A DNA stretch of 64,000 bases from an uncultured virus (IMG/VR IMGVR_UViG_3300009034_002461) (lineage: Duplodnaviria > Heunggongvirae > Uroviricota > Caudoviricetes), in IMG/VR virus record IMGVR_UViG_3300009034_002461. The stretch is one strand, 5' to 3'. Both the position numbers and the translations under genes were made by a program. Positions within the stretch are counted from its first letter, which is position 1. Every line of letters begins with the position of its first letter. The notes below the pieces were generated by a model. That model saw only the letters and a program-made list of their open reading frames with translations, did no database searches and was not told the DNA's origin. Below are positions 38,776 to 49,015 of this stretch, one piece after another.

Positions 38776-39781
38776 ATTTTAATCTTCCTATTTCCATCTT
38801 CAATTGTGCTTTGTCCAACCATCTATCGTTATTATCACTGCTAAATTCAAAATTATCTTTAACATTCACATAATTATCATATTTTTTCGATGTCAATTCA
38901 CTTCTAAAAAATTGAGGTAATATCACATATATATCATTGAATATTTTAGTCGCTCTTGCTTCGTCTGCGGAAATCAATTTTTCATGTAATTTTTCACCGG
39001 GTCTTATTCCAAATTCAACGCATTCGCACTCTTCATCTATCGCTTTGGCTAAATCTATAATTTTCATAGATGGTATTCTCGGAACAAAAATTTCTCCCCC
39101 ATCACATTCATTCAATGCCATTAGAACAAAATCTACAGACTGATCCAATGTTATCCAAAATCGCGTCATCCTCATATCTGTAACTGGAAATTTTTTGATC
39201 CCTCTCTTTTTCAAACTTAAAAAAAATGGAATAACACTACCACGAGAACCCAACACGTTACCGTATCTAACTGATGAGAATTTTACTCGTTTCCCGGCAT
39301 AATCATTAGCAGCAACAAATAATTTTTCTGCAACTAATTTAGTAGCACCATACAAATTAATTGGATTTACCGCCTTATCAGTAGAAAGAAAAATGACTTT
39401 TTTTACGCCAGTATCAATAGATACATCAATAATATTACTGGCTCCCATGACATTAGTTTTCACTGCTTCAACTGGATTATATTCTAATGCAGGAACTTGC
39501 TTTAAAGCAGCAGCATGTATGACATAATCTACTTCCTCAAATGCTCTGCGCATTCTATTAAAATCGCGTATGTCTCCAAGAAAAAATCTTATCTCTTCAT
39601 GATCTTCAAATTTCTTTTGCATTAAATATTGTTTATACTCATCTCTCGAATATATAATAACTTTATGTGGCTTATATTTATCAAAAACACGAGAAACAAA
39701 TCTATTGCCAAAAGAACCAGTTCCACCGGTAACCAAAATAGTTTTATCGTTTAGCATTATATCGTCTCGCAATTTTTCCAA
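38768..39781 (-). CDS. pseB: UDP-N-acetylglucosamine 4,6-dehydratase (inverting)
   Basis: TGGTGSFG, SRDEYKQ, HAAALKQVP..EYNP, STDKA.NP.NLYGATK, RYGNV.GSRGSV, MTRFWI, GIRPGEKLHE. Confidence 0.95.
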   Translation of the reverse strand: MEKLRDDIMLNDKTILVTGGTGSFGNRFVSRVFDKYKPHKVIIYSRDEYKQYLMQKKFEDHEEIRFFLGDIRDFNRMRRAFEEVDYVIHAAALKQVPALEYNPVEAVKTNVMGASNIIDVSIDTGVKKVIFLSTDKAVNPINLYGATKLVAEKLFVAANDYAGKRVKFSSVRYGNVLGSRGSVIPFFLSLKKRGIKKFPVTDMRMTRFWITLDQSVDFVLMALNECDGGEIFVPRIPSMKIIDLAKAIDEECECVEFGIRPGEKLHEKLISADEARATKIFNDIYVILPQFFRSELTSKKYDNYVNVKDNFEFSSDNNDRWLDKAQLKMEIGRLKYE

Positions 39782-41787
39782 AAATCTTTTGGGCTCCTAT
39801 TAATAAGAACTTTCCCAATACCATATATCAAATTTCCAAAAAGCTCTTTGACTTCTTGCAATATATTATTAATATAACTTATATTATAACTCACTCTATA
39901 ATTCGTATTCTTTTTATATGATCGAAATAATTGCACTTTCTCTTTTTTTATATACCAATCATAAACATCATAAGATAAACATAGATTATATACTTTTATA
40001 ATTTTTTTATCACATAGCATATTAGACAATTCTCTTGTGTCTAAAATCCACTTTCTAGTATCGTCTAAGAAAAAGAATAATTCATCATCTTCATATCCAT
40101 TCATCATGCATATTAAAGTATCATATAAAATATTTACTATATCTTTATGATGAAATAATAGCGTCTTAATTGTATATTTGCGAACCAAATTATCTCCAAG
40201 TTCTCCATTTAATAATTTTTCATAATTTTCTTCTTTAGAAAAATACCTCACCAGATTCTCTTCACTGTCCCACAATTCATTCTTCGTTTCGTCCATATAT
40301 TCTTTATATATATCTGATACACCAGAAGAACCAAAATTAATAGTACTCCAAATTCGGCTATAAAATTCATAAATATCTATATTTAAATCAATTATGAATC
40401 TTTTTATAATATCAAACTGGTCATATGAAAGAATAGATGACACAAACATAAAACCACGAGCATCTAGATATTCATCAAAAGTCATTGTATTTGTTTCTAT
40501 GCACACTTCTTCTATTTCAAAACATTTTTCTTCTTGATATTCGCCAAATTGTCTTGGAACAATTCTATATTTTGTTTTCATTTTATATTTATCTCTCATG
40601 TTTTTGGAAGATAAATGAGTATTAGGCAACAAAATGGTAGTATGCACTAATATATTATCTACTTTTACATTTATTAGTTGTTTCACTCCGTCAAAAAACG
40701 AATCTCTGGTCTCTTCTGGCAATGGCACAATTAATTCTGCAGTAGACAACATTCCTTGTTTTTTTATTTCATCCTGTACCATTTTATATTCATCCATTGG
40801 AATATTTTTTCTTTTTATGGCTTTAAGAGTCGCTTCATTTAATGTTTGGCATGAACAAGTAACCTTCATTTTATTTTTCAATACAGATGATATTTTCAAA
40901 ATGCGATCATAATTTCTTTTGCCGGTTGTGCCATCAAAAGTTTCTGGCCACCCATATTTATCTTGCAAAGAACTTAAGTATTTTGACAACACTTCATCTT
41001 CTTTGTACATCCCAAAATTATTATCTGCCATATATAATATAGAATGAGGATATCCTTCCATTTTCTGCACTATATAATCCAATTCATTCTTTATGCGTTG
41101 ACTGCTGAATCTGGTAATTTTGTTATAATAATTACTTCCAGCGTGGCAAAATGCACATGAAAATGGACAACCGCGATTTGTTTCTATAAATGGAGCATAT
41201 TCTCCATTAAACCATTTATCCATTAGACCAGTAAGATATGGAGATGGGATATCATCTAAATTAGATATGCGGTCTTGAGTATTTCCAACACAAAGTTCAT
41301 CATAATATTTATCAATATGCATTATACCACTTTGCGGTTCCAATTTTAAGTCTTCTATAGGTGAGCCACTAATGATTTTTTCTATTAACCCAGCAAATGA
41401 CACTTCTGCTTCTAGAAATACATAGAAATCTATTTCATCGTGTTCTAATAAATATGCTTCACATTCTTCATAGTCTGACGGAAAATTAGGACCGCCAGCT
41501 ACGCATATTACATCATCCGATCTGGACTTCGCATATCTAAATACCAAATTAGCGATAGAACTATTCCACATATAATGAGAAAGAGCCACAACATCTGGTT
41601 TCCATTTTTCTATTTCTTTTAATATAATATGTGGATCGCAATAGAATCTTATATCCAATCTCTCTTTGTCAATTTTAGTTAATAAATATGATGCTATTGT
41701 AGATATACTCAATGGCATACAAACAGAATGTCTGCCTATAGTATTATGTCTCAAATCACCAAATGCTATTTTTAACTTATGTCTCAT
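39757..41787 (-). CDS. B12-binding radical SAM protein
   Basis: N-terminal B12 domain (SHYMWN, AGGPN), SPYL.G, ETNRGCPFSCAFC, ADNNFG, LPEET. Confidence 0.9.
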   Translation of the reverse strand: MRHKLKIAFGDLRHNTIGRHSVCMPLSISTIASYLLTKIDKERLDIRFYCDPHIILKEIEKWKPDVVALSHYMWNSSIANLVFRYAKSRSDDVICVAGGPNFPSDYEECEAYLLEHDEIDFYVFLEAEVSFAGLIEKIISGSPIEDLKLEPQSGIMHIDKYYDELCVGNTQDRISNLDDIPSPYLTGLMDKWFNGEYAPFIETNRGCPFSCAFCHAGSNYYNKITRFSSQRIKNELDYIVQKMEGYPHSILYMADNNFGMYKEDEVLSKYLSSLQDKYGWPETFDGTTGKRNYDRILKISSVLKNKMKVTCSCQTLNEATLKAIKRKNIPMDEYKMVQDEIKKQGMLSTAELIVPLPEETRDSFFDGVKQLINVKVDNILVHTTILLPNTHLSSKNMRDKYKMKTKYRIVPRQFGEYQEEKCFEIEEVCIETNTMTFDEYLDARGFMFVSSILSYDQFDIIKRFIIDLNIDIYEFYSRIWSTINFGSSGVSDIYKEYMDETKNELWDSEENLVRYFSKEENYEKLLNGELGDNLVRKYTIKTLLFHHKDIVNILYDTLICMMNGYEDDELFFFLDDTRKWILDTRELSNMLCDKKIIKVYNLCLSYDVYDWYIKKEKVQLFRSYKKNTNYRVSYNISYINNILQEVKELFGNLIYGIGKVLINRSPKDFWKNCETI

Positions 41788-42547
41788 CTCTCAAATTTTC
41801 TGTAGCAAATTCATAAAGCATTAAATCATATTTATTGATTTTCTTAAGCTTTTTTTGTACTGAAGAATCTGACCACTGAAATGGATATTTCTTTTTACTG
41901 ATATTAATCCTAACTTCTTGTTTAAATTGAAGTTCATAAAATTCACACAGCTTCCTTTGATAATAATCGGAATTATCTTGGAAGCCTATAAAATCGAATC
42001 TGTTTACCAGATTATCTTTAGCAATATTTAACATTTCTTTCATTTTTTCATCAGAATATTTATTGTATCTACCAGCCCAACCATAAATTTGATAATAACC
42101 AAAATCTCGTCCTGGCTTTATATCTTCGCTCCATCTACAGATATTACTTATATTTTCGCAACCAGCTATTTGTTTTGTCATGACATTGCATCCAGCATCA
42201 TTGTCTATACACCAACCCAAATATCTCTCCAATTTTTTATCCAATTTAGAAAATATTTTATATCCGAATGATTTTGATTTATGTCTTGTAATACTATGAT
42301 TAAATTGTGATTTCCATCTTTCTATAGGATCTCTTAAAAATGTAAAATAAGAAGGTTTTTTTTTAATCTTGAGTTTTTCATGAAGTCCAAATGGAAAATG
42401 ACCAATAACAACATCTGGATTCTTCTCGCCTTTTTTTCTATACCATACTTTTTCTTCTTTAAATTGTGATTTCAATATTTTATTAACAGAAGTACCTGCC
42501 GTCTTTTGAATATGAACGAAAAAAATAACCATGACATCAAATCTCAA
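41777..42547 (-). CDS. Sulfotransferase family 2 protein (paralog of 22338..23129)
   Basis: HIQKTAGTS, GHFPFG, TFLRDPIERW. Confidence 0.85.
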   Translation of the reverse strand: MRFDVMVIFFVHIQKTAGTSVNKILKSQFKEEKVWYRKKGEKNPDVVIGHFPFGLHEKLKIKKKPSYFTFLRDPIERWKSQFNHSITRHKSKSFGYKIFSKLDKKLERYLGWCIDNDAGCNVMTKQIAGCENISNICRWSEDIKPGRDFGYYQIYGWAGRYNKYSDEKMKEMLNIAKDNLVNRFDFIGFQDNSDYYQRKLCEFYELQFKQEVRINISKKKYPFQWSDSSVQKKLKKINKYDLMLYEFATENLRDET

Positions 42548-43181
42548 AAATCTTTCTAATTAAATTTATCTTATTCTTATCATTAAACGATTCTTTCAAA
42601 TATAAAAAATTATTAAATATATTATTTTCTCTTTTTAATTTTTTAACCAATATAAAACCGAAATTATTTAACAATCTATCCGCTTCCTCGAATAAAATTA
42701 TATCCTTATAAAATGGTTTTAAATATATTTCTGTACATATGCCCACGACATTATTTAGATGTTTTCCAGCACTCATAATGGCATCTATGTCCGACCCTTG
42801 TAAATCGCTTTTGATAAAATCAAATTTAACTTTAATTTTATCCAAAATAGTATCTAAGCGACAACATTCGATACTTTGTTTCCGTTTAATTCTATATTTA
42901 TGGGGTATTTTCCCATGAAGATCTCGTATAAATTCATAATTAGGTTCATATAATGAAGAACATCGACTTTTATTTAATATATAGAAGTTATGAACACATT
43001 TTTCTTTGTATATGGTATTTTTGATATATCGAAACCCTTTTATTCTATGTTTTTTTCTAACTCGAAATGCATCTATGCATAAAGCAAAATTAACATGTGA
43101 TAAATTTGATACCCAAGGATCAGGAAATCCTCCATACGAACCCAAATCAATAATATTCAATCTCTTATTTTTATGAACCAT
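42537..43181 (-). CDS. FkbM family methyltransferase
   Basis: IDLGS.GG, SSLYEPN, DFIKSDLQGSD, EI...PFY. Confidence 0.85.
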   Translation of the reverse strand: MVHKNKRLNIIDLGSYGGFPDPWVSNLSHVNFALCIDAFRVRKKHRIKGFRYIKNTIYKEKCVHNFYILNKSRCSSLYEPNYEFIRDLHGKIPHKYRIKRKQSIECCRLDTILDKIKVKFDFIKSDLQGSDIDAIMSAGKHLNNVVGICTEIYLKPFYKDIILFEEADRLLNNFGFILVKKLKRENNIFNNFLYLKESFNDKNKINLIRKIFEI

Positions 43182-43187
43182 TTTAAG

Positions 43188-43757
43188 TTATAATTTCTCT
43201 GCTATGAGCAATCCCTGTTGGGATTTTGTCTTTAATAAGACTTTCCATTGATCGGATTCTTCTATTTCTTTTACAATCTGAAAACATTTAATACTTTTTG
43301 GATAATAAATATCATGGGCGGCAAATCTGCCTCCCGTTTGGATAACATCCTTAACTATATTCCATTCTGCAAGTCCAGAATATTCACCAGTGTCGCAAAA
43401 GAAAAAATCAAGAACTATATCATTATTTTCTTTCAATATTTTACGAATCAAGTTTCTTTCACCTTTCATATTACATTCACCATGAAAGATTACGTTGCCA
43501 TCTACAGTATTTTGATATTGCGATTCAATGAATTGATAATGATTGATTTTAATAAAATCCTCATAATTTATTGACCATCCTTGCCTATATATAGAACCTC
43601 TATACAATTTTTTCGGCATTTTAACATCAATAGAATATACCTTGGCTCCATACAATTTCCCAATCTTCGCCAAATATTTTGTAGATTTTCCGCTACCTGT
43701 TTCAATAATAAATTTACTAAGTTTGGCATATTTAAAAAGCAATTTCATTTCTTCCAA
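43188..43757 (-). CDS. Class I SAM methyltransferase-like protein
   Basis: IIETGSGKST, YSID, FFFCDTG, GG...AHD. Confidence 0.7.
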   Translation of the reverse strand: MEEMKLLFKYAKLSKFIIETGSGKSTKYLAKIGKLYGAKVYSIDVKMPKKLYRGSIYRQGWSINYEDFIKINHYQFIESQYQNTVDGNVIFHGECNMKGERNLIRKILKENNDIVLDFFFCDTGEYSGLAEWNIVKDVIQTGGRFAAHDIYYPKSIKCFQIVKEIEESDQWKVLLKTKSQQGLLIAEKL

Positions 43758-43780
43758 TTTATCTTACTCCATAATTGTTG

Positions 43781-44431
43781 TTATAAAAATATATTTGAGT
43801 CGTAGAAATCTACAAACTTTGTGGGTGTTAAAATTGTGAAGTTTATACCATAATCACATAAACTTCTTAACGTGTCATAAACTTTTTCATCTTTCTTTTT
43901 GCACCTTTCCCAACTAGCATCATCAGTATATCCCTTTCCATAACAATGATGACTTTTATCACAGCGCTTTAACTCTTTCCTGTTATATAATGTATATCCA
44001 TCCATACCAACGATACTAATAGTTTTAACAGACATAACATGAGCTATCATTATTGCTAACACTCCAGCAGTTCTGAACTTACCATATATTACTCCATCTT
44101 TATAATCATATTTCTTATTGTCAATATAGCTTATTGTATAATAATCTCCATTATAGTGTTTTTTAATTAATTTTTCAGGCATTTTATGACCAAATAAAAA
44201 TGTTGATTTTTTGTTTATGCAATCTCCTAAATCTCTATATCGTTGTTTATTAGTCCACAAATGGTAATCTGGAGTACATAAAAATGTCATAAAGTTAATA
44301 CCAATAACTTTAGCGTCAATTTTATTTTTATAATCAATTATTTTATCTTTATATTGCTTCACAGAATTAGCAGAACCAGCAATAATAATATTTTTTCCCT
44401 TTTCTATATTTTCTAAATTTTTGAGATCCAT
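43781..44431 (-). CDS. Maf/DUF115 (GT29/GT42-like) CMP-sugar transferase-like protein
   Basis: IIIAGSANSV, VIGIN, PDY, TAGVLAI..A, ISIVGMDGY. Confidence 0.65.
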   Translation of the reverse strand: MDLKNLENIEKGKNIIIAGSANSVKQYKDKIIDYKNKIDAKVIGINFMTFLCTPDYHLWTNKQRYRDLGDCINKKSTFLFGHKMPEKLIKKHYNGDYYTISYIDNKKYDYKDGVIYGKFRTAGVLAIMIAHVMSVKTISIVGMDGYTLYNRKELKRCDKSHHCYGKGYTDDASWERCKKKDEKVYDTLRSLCDYGINFTILTPTKFVDFYDSNIFL

Positions 44432-44432
44432 G

Positions 44433-45002
44433 CTATCTCTCTATTCCATAAAAATCAAGAACATTATCAACTGACATGTTATCTAAATCCAATTTGCTAT
44501 CATAACAAATGTTTGTTTTATAACTAAATATTGTTTTTATGTCATCGATTGTTAAAACAGACCAATCTGGTTGCACTTCTCCCAACATCTTTCTTTCTTT
44601 TTTTATAACGAATGTACGTAGAATTTCTAGAGGTTTCAATTTTCTGATATGTTTACATGGATTGCCAGCAGCTATCATATATGGATCTACGTCACTACAT
44701 ACTAAACTCATTGCTCCTATAATTGCAAATTTTCCTATATGTACACCAGGTAAAATAACACATCTTCTTCCTATCCAAACATAATCATCCAAAATAACTC
44801 TATTATTTTTTCTATATGGCCTTATAGGACCATGTAAGACTATCAAAGATTCGCCTCCGAGAATAACACAATCTCCTATCTCCACCAAATGTCGATTATG
44901 ACGGTCTATCTCTCCAAGAAGACGACAATGTTTTCCTATTCTTGAAACACCTTTAGATTTCTTCTTCTCTCTTTCTCCAGATTTTAATGCCTTCTTACCC
45001 AT
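44433..45002 (-). CDS. Hexapeptide-repeat (LbH) acyltransferase
   Basis: VWIGRRCVILPGVHIG..AIIGA.S.V..DV......GNP. Confidence 0.9.
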   Translation of the reverse strand: MGKKALKSGEREKKKSKGVSRIGKHCRLLGEIDRHNRHLVEIGDCVILGGESLIVLHGPIRPYRKNNRVILDDYVWIGRRCVILPGVHIGKFAIIGAMSLVCSDVDPYMIAAGNPCKHIRKLKPLEILRTFVIKKERKMLGEVQPDWSVLTIDDIKTIFSYKTNICYDSKLDLDNMSVDNVLDFYGIER

Positions 45003-45708
45003 TTATTTTTTTTGATCTCCATTTACCAGATATGACAAGATCATCTGCTGTTCTATGCTCATCAGAAGTATATTCTCTTCTATAAATATTGAAATTTTCA
45101 TCTGGTCTACCATCTTTGAAGCAAATCATTGTTTCTTCTATATCTCCATGCGCATCAATTAATTCTAATAACATATCTATATTAAAAGAAGTCGTAAAAT
45201 ATTTTTTACTCTTGCTATAGTTAGATTTTAGATCTCCAGTTATCATTTTCCACTTGAACAAAGAAAAATAAAAAGATCTACTTATCCTTGCTATTTCACC
45301 AATAGTTTTTATAATATTTGGTGAATGCTCTAATACAGACGATAAGTATACTAAATCAAATTCTTTATCACCGAACGGCATCTGAAGCATATCGGCTTTA
45401 TATGCTTTAATTCTTGACAATTTTTTACAAAATTTCAAGAAAAATTTAGAAACATCAACCACACTATATTTAATCTTTGGGCATTTATCAAGAATCTCTT
45501 TTGCTTCAATGAGTTCTCCAGCACCTATCTCAAGAACACTATTAATGTTCGAATTATCAATTATATAATTAATAAATCTTTTTCTAATAGGATGATAACG
45601 ACGTGCATTTATCCAAGAGACTTTGCCTTTTTTATATCTATTCCATTTTTTTTTATATTCTTTCATCGCAATTTTCCCACGATAACTGGTTTTTGATATC
45701 CATTCCAC
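44995..45708 (-). CDS. Class I SAM methyltransferase
   Basis: VLEIGAG, VDVS, MPF.D.EFDLV...SVLEH. Confidence 0.88.
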   Translation of the reverse strand: MEWISKTSYRGKIAMKEYKKKWNRYKKGKVSWINARRYHPIRKRFINYIIDNSNINSVLEIGAGELIEAKEILDKCPKIKYSVVDVSKFFLKFCKKLSRIKAYKADMLQMPFGDKEFDLVYLSSVLEHSPNIIKTIGEIARISRSFYFSLFKWKMITGDLKSNYSKSKKYFTTSFNIDMLLELIDAHGDIEETMICFKDGRPDENFNIYRREYTSDEHRTADDLVISGKWRSKKING

Positions 45709-46313
45709 TTATAAACAGAGTGAATATCATAATTGTGTCTTTGCAGTATATCTTTCATTCCTTTAACGCCCGCTAAAGATTGTGGGTTCTTTTTTCTTTT
45801 TGTTCTAGACTTGTTGCCTTGCATTATAACATATTTATGATTTGGAAACCATGAAGATAAATCATTAATCACTTTATTGGCATATGGCTCTAAATGATAA
45901 AGAACACAAAATATAGTTATAATGTTCACATCATCAAAATATAAATTTTTGACTTTAGTAATATCTATTTTTTGAAGATCTACGCTCCATTCTTCTTTTA
46001 AATTTTCTTCAACATATCTCTTATAGAATTTCGCTATTTCTATATTGTAATCGATAGCATGAACCTTTATATCCATTTTGCTTATTTCATGACCATATAA
46101 ACACATATTACAACCGATATCAAACACACATGGAAAAATAATTTTTTTTGAAAAATCATATATAATTGGCTCTAATTTATCACGCCAATTATGCATCCCA
46201 CTGGTTTTATTTTCCTTCAATTTTTTACATACTTCTATGCCATCAAAATCATAGTAGTAATACCATTCGTCGCCGAAAGATTTTATTATTTTTTTAAGTG
46301 TTCTTTTATCCAT
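45663..46313 (-). CDS. Class I SAM methyltransferase
   Basis: WYYYYDF, VFDIGCN, FCVLYHL. Confidence 0.8.
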   Translation of the reverse strand: MDKRTLKKIIKSFGDEWYYYYDFDGIEVCKKLKENKTSGMHNWRDKLEPIIYDFSKKIIFPCVFDIGCNMCLYGHEISKMDIKVHAIDYNIEIAKFYKRYVEENLKEEWSVDLQKIDITKVKNLYFDDVNIITIFCVLYHLEPYANKVINDLSSWFPNHKYVIMQGNKSRTKRKKNPQSLAGVKGMKDILQRHNYDIHSVYKWNGYQKPVIVGKLR

Positions 46314-46840
46314 ATATCATCATAACCCATTTGACGAAATCTTTTGAGTCTATATCTCCTAACTTGTTTTCTAATTTCTTTTTCTGTCTCTTTAGAAAAT
46401 ATTTTTTTATATTTTGCTACATTTAGATCAACAACCTTTATATTTAAATGCAATAAAATAGATAAACGATGAGAGCCATCTAATCTACAATGATCGCATG
46501 TAATTATTGGAGGATGTTTGTCTTCGTATTTATTTTTTATTGATTTATATAATTTTTTAAAATTATTTATTTTTCTAATTATTTTTATGTGAGATAGATT
46601 ATTTTTTTTATTATAAATATAATATTGACTATTCGTATAATCACAATATTTATTATCAAACAAATCTAACATTTCTTGATGACGTTGTGTTTCGAAACAC
46701 AGATTGTTAGTCATTTTAAATTCATATATTCTCGGATTTAGATAGGCATAACGACGCAATTTTTTCTTCCACTTCCAAGCAGGTATTCCCATAACAATTA
46801 TATCTTCTTCTGGCTTTGTTATTTTTTTAACACGGCGCAT
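46286..46840 (-). CDS. Distant ParB/Srx-like protein
   Basis: FKKLYKSIK...PPII....RLDGSHRLSIL. Confidence 0.6.
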   Translation of the reverse strand: MRRVKKITKPEEDIIVMGIPAWKWKKKLRRYAYLNPRIYEFKMTNNLCFETQRHQEMLDLFDNKYCDYTNSQYYIYNKKNNLSHIKIIRKINNFKKLYKSIKNKYEDKHPPIITCDHCRLDGSHRLSILLHLNIKVVDLNVAKYKKIFSKETEKEIRKQVRRYRLKRFRQMGYDDIWIKEHLKK

Positions 46841-47517
46841 AAAGCCTCCCTGTCATTTCTACCGTTAACCCAATCTTTATCTACTTTCTGAATAATAATT
46901 TTAAAATTACTTTTTTGTATATAATCATTTACAATTTCTCTATTCAAAACGTAAATATGGCCTTTAGTTAATTGATTCTTCTTTCTTAAGTGCACATAAA
47001 GAAATAGTATTCCTTCTTGTTTAAGAATTCTATTTAGTTCACAAAAACCATTTTGTATATCAAGTATATGATCTATTGTATTAGTACAAACCGCATAATC
47101 AAATATATTATCATCAAAGAATAATCTCTTATTTAAGTTGCCATTGATGATATTCATTTTACAGAGATTCATTTCATTATATGTTCTAGCACAATAATCA
47201 ACCAATGTTACATCTAAATCCTTACAATTGTAAAAAACACCGCCAAAAGGACCACAACCGACATCCACTATTTTTTTTCCACTAAAATCGTACTTAAATA
47301 AATCAAAAGCTTTCCAATAATTATCATATATCGATGTACCTTTTTTGATCCCGGTTTTTCTCCAATATTTTAGTTCGAGCTTTTGACTCCATGGTATGAC
47401 AACAGGTTTCTGTTTTTCCATAATAAACTTTTGTCCCTTTATATTTATAATAGGTCTTCTTTGTTTATTCATAATAGACTTTCGTTTCTTTATAATAGAT
47501 TTTCTTCGTTTATTCAT
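46819..47517 (-). CDS. Class I SAM methyltransferase (Methyltransf_11-like)
   Basis: IVDVGCGP, FDD..FD...C.N.IDHI, RILK..G. The N-terminus is a basic imperfect repeat. Confidence 0.88.
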   Translation of the reverse strand: MNKRRKSIIKKRKSIMNKQRRPIINIKGQKFIMEKQKPVVIPWSQKLELKYWRKTGIKKGTSIYDNYWKAFDLFKYDFSGKKIVDVGCGPFGGVFYNCKDLDVTLVDYCARTYNEMNLCKMNIINGNLNKRLFFDDNIFDYAVCTNTIDHILDIQNGFCELNRILKQEGILFLYVHLRKKNQLTKGHIYVLNREIVNDYIQKSNFKIIIQKVDKDWVNGRNDREALCAVLKK

Positions 47518-47530
47518 AATAAATTTTCAT

Positions 47531-48454
47531 TTATTCCGTATGACAAAATTCCTTCATAAAGCAAAACCAATCTTTAGATCTATTTTTCCACGAATATTCA
47601 TCAACAACTGTTCTTCGAATACTGTAGGATATTCTATTCCACAAAAATTCATCGTCATTTAATCGTGTTATATAATATGCTATTTCATCTATATTTCTAT
47701 TACATAAAAATCCATTAACTCCGTGTTCAATTAAATTAGTGCATCCACCAACACGAGTTGATACAATCGGTATCCCACAACTAGCAGCCTCTAAAACACT
47801 AAGCGAAAATCCCTCTGATGAAGACGCACACACATAACAACTTAATTGTCGATAAAAATCTGGCATATCCTCAAGAGGAATATGAGTTTTATCTTTTAAC
47901 ATAGCTAATTTGCATTTTACACCAGATTTTTTAGCCGCTGGAATAATAAATTCGGTTGTACCTTTTCTCCAATCATGTTTCTTCGTTCCAGAATATCCGA
48001 CATAGAACTTATCAGGTTTATATCCCACCGGCTTAAATAATTCTATATCTGCACCATTCGGAGTATATCTGATTTTTTCGACACCGGCTTTCCCAAATAA
48101 ATTAGTTAATCTCTGAGAAACCGCATTAACACCTAAAAATTTATTTAGATATTTAATTAACTTATTTGGCGGTTGCACATCATGATCCGGCGTTGTTTTA
48201 TGATCGTCCCAGGCATGAGATGAATGAATCCCTACTAAAGTTTTTTTCTTCGGCAGAAAATCAATTGAAGCAAAATTCTGCCATCCTATAACAAAAAAAT
48301 AATCATACTTATGCGCTATTTTTTCTATTCTCTTTTTATTCTTTTTTGCTTTCTCTATATCTAAACGCCATCCAGTATCATTATATTTAACAAGATTTTT
48401 TGCTATAGAATGATATGCCCAATGGTATCTATCAACAATTAGTAATACTCTCAT
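47531..48454 (-). CDS. GT4 glycosyltransferase
   Basis: NGAD.ELF.P, SSSEGFSLSVLEAASCG.P.VSTRVG, GVNGFL. Confidence 0.92.
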   Translation of the reverse strand: MRVLLIVDRYHWAYHSIAKNLVKYNDTGWRLDIEKAKKNKKRIEKIAHKYDYFFVIGWQNFASIDFLPKKKTLVGIHSSHAWDDHKTTPDHDVQPPNKLIKYLNKFLGVNAVSQRLTNLFGKAGVEKIRYTPNGADIELFKPVGYKPDKFYVGYSGTKKHDWRKGTTEFIIPAAKKSGVKCKLAMLKDKTHIPLEDMPDFYRQLSCYVCASSSEGFSLSVLEAASCGIPIVSTRVGGCTNLIEHGVNGFLCNRNIDEIAYYITRLNDDEFLWNRISYSIRRTVVDEYSWKNRSKDWFCFMKEFCHTE

Positions 48455-49015
48455 TTATACGACTCCGTATCTTTTGCAAGCACGATGTATTTTCCCATAT
48501 GAATAATGTGTTCCAGGTTGAGTGTCTTTAGCAAATACTACAGGAACTACATATTTCTCCAAAGCCAATAATGCTCCGATACGATGATGGCCAGAAAATA
48601 CTTCTGGCGAATGATTATCTATATCATGCCAATACCTCGTTTTTGCAAAAGGTTTGTGTAATAGTACTATATATTTATCCTTGTATTTTCCATGCAAATA
48701 GCCTTTTTTCATAGATTCATATAATTTTTTAATTTTTTTAGGCAATTTACCATATTTATCCATTGTTTGAAACATCTTATAATATTTTGTATCTTGATAA
48801 TTTTCACGAAGCCATTTTTCTCCATATTTTTTATACAAAGAAAATATTTCAAAGTGTGGAGAATTTGTCATTTTATAATCAAGAATCCCATTGGATGTAA
48901 ATATGTCCGTTAATAATCGATTGGGAGTATATTGAGTATAGCAATTGCGCAAATCTATTTTTTTAATCTCAACCGCTTTCAACAAATATGGTTTCAAAAA
49001 CTCGTCTACGTGCAT
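48455..49015 (-). CDS. Distant ParB/Srx-like protein
   Basis: SPHFE, KKLYESMKKGY, VFSGHHRIGAL. Confidence 0.55.
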   Translation of the reverse strand: MHVDEFLKPYLLKAVEIKKIDLRNCYTQYTPNRLLTDIFTSNGILDYKMTNSPHFEIFSLYKKYGEKWLRENYQDTKYYKMFQTMDKYGKLPKKIKKLYESMKKGYLHGKYKDKYIVLLHKPFAKTRYWHDIDNHSPEVFSGHHRIGALLALEKYVVPVVFAKDTQPGTHYSYGKIHRACKRYGVV

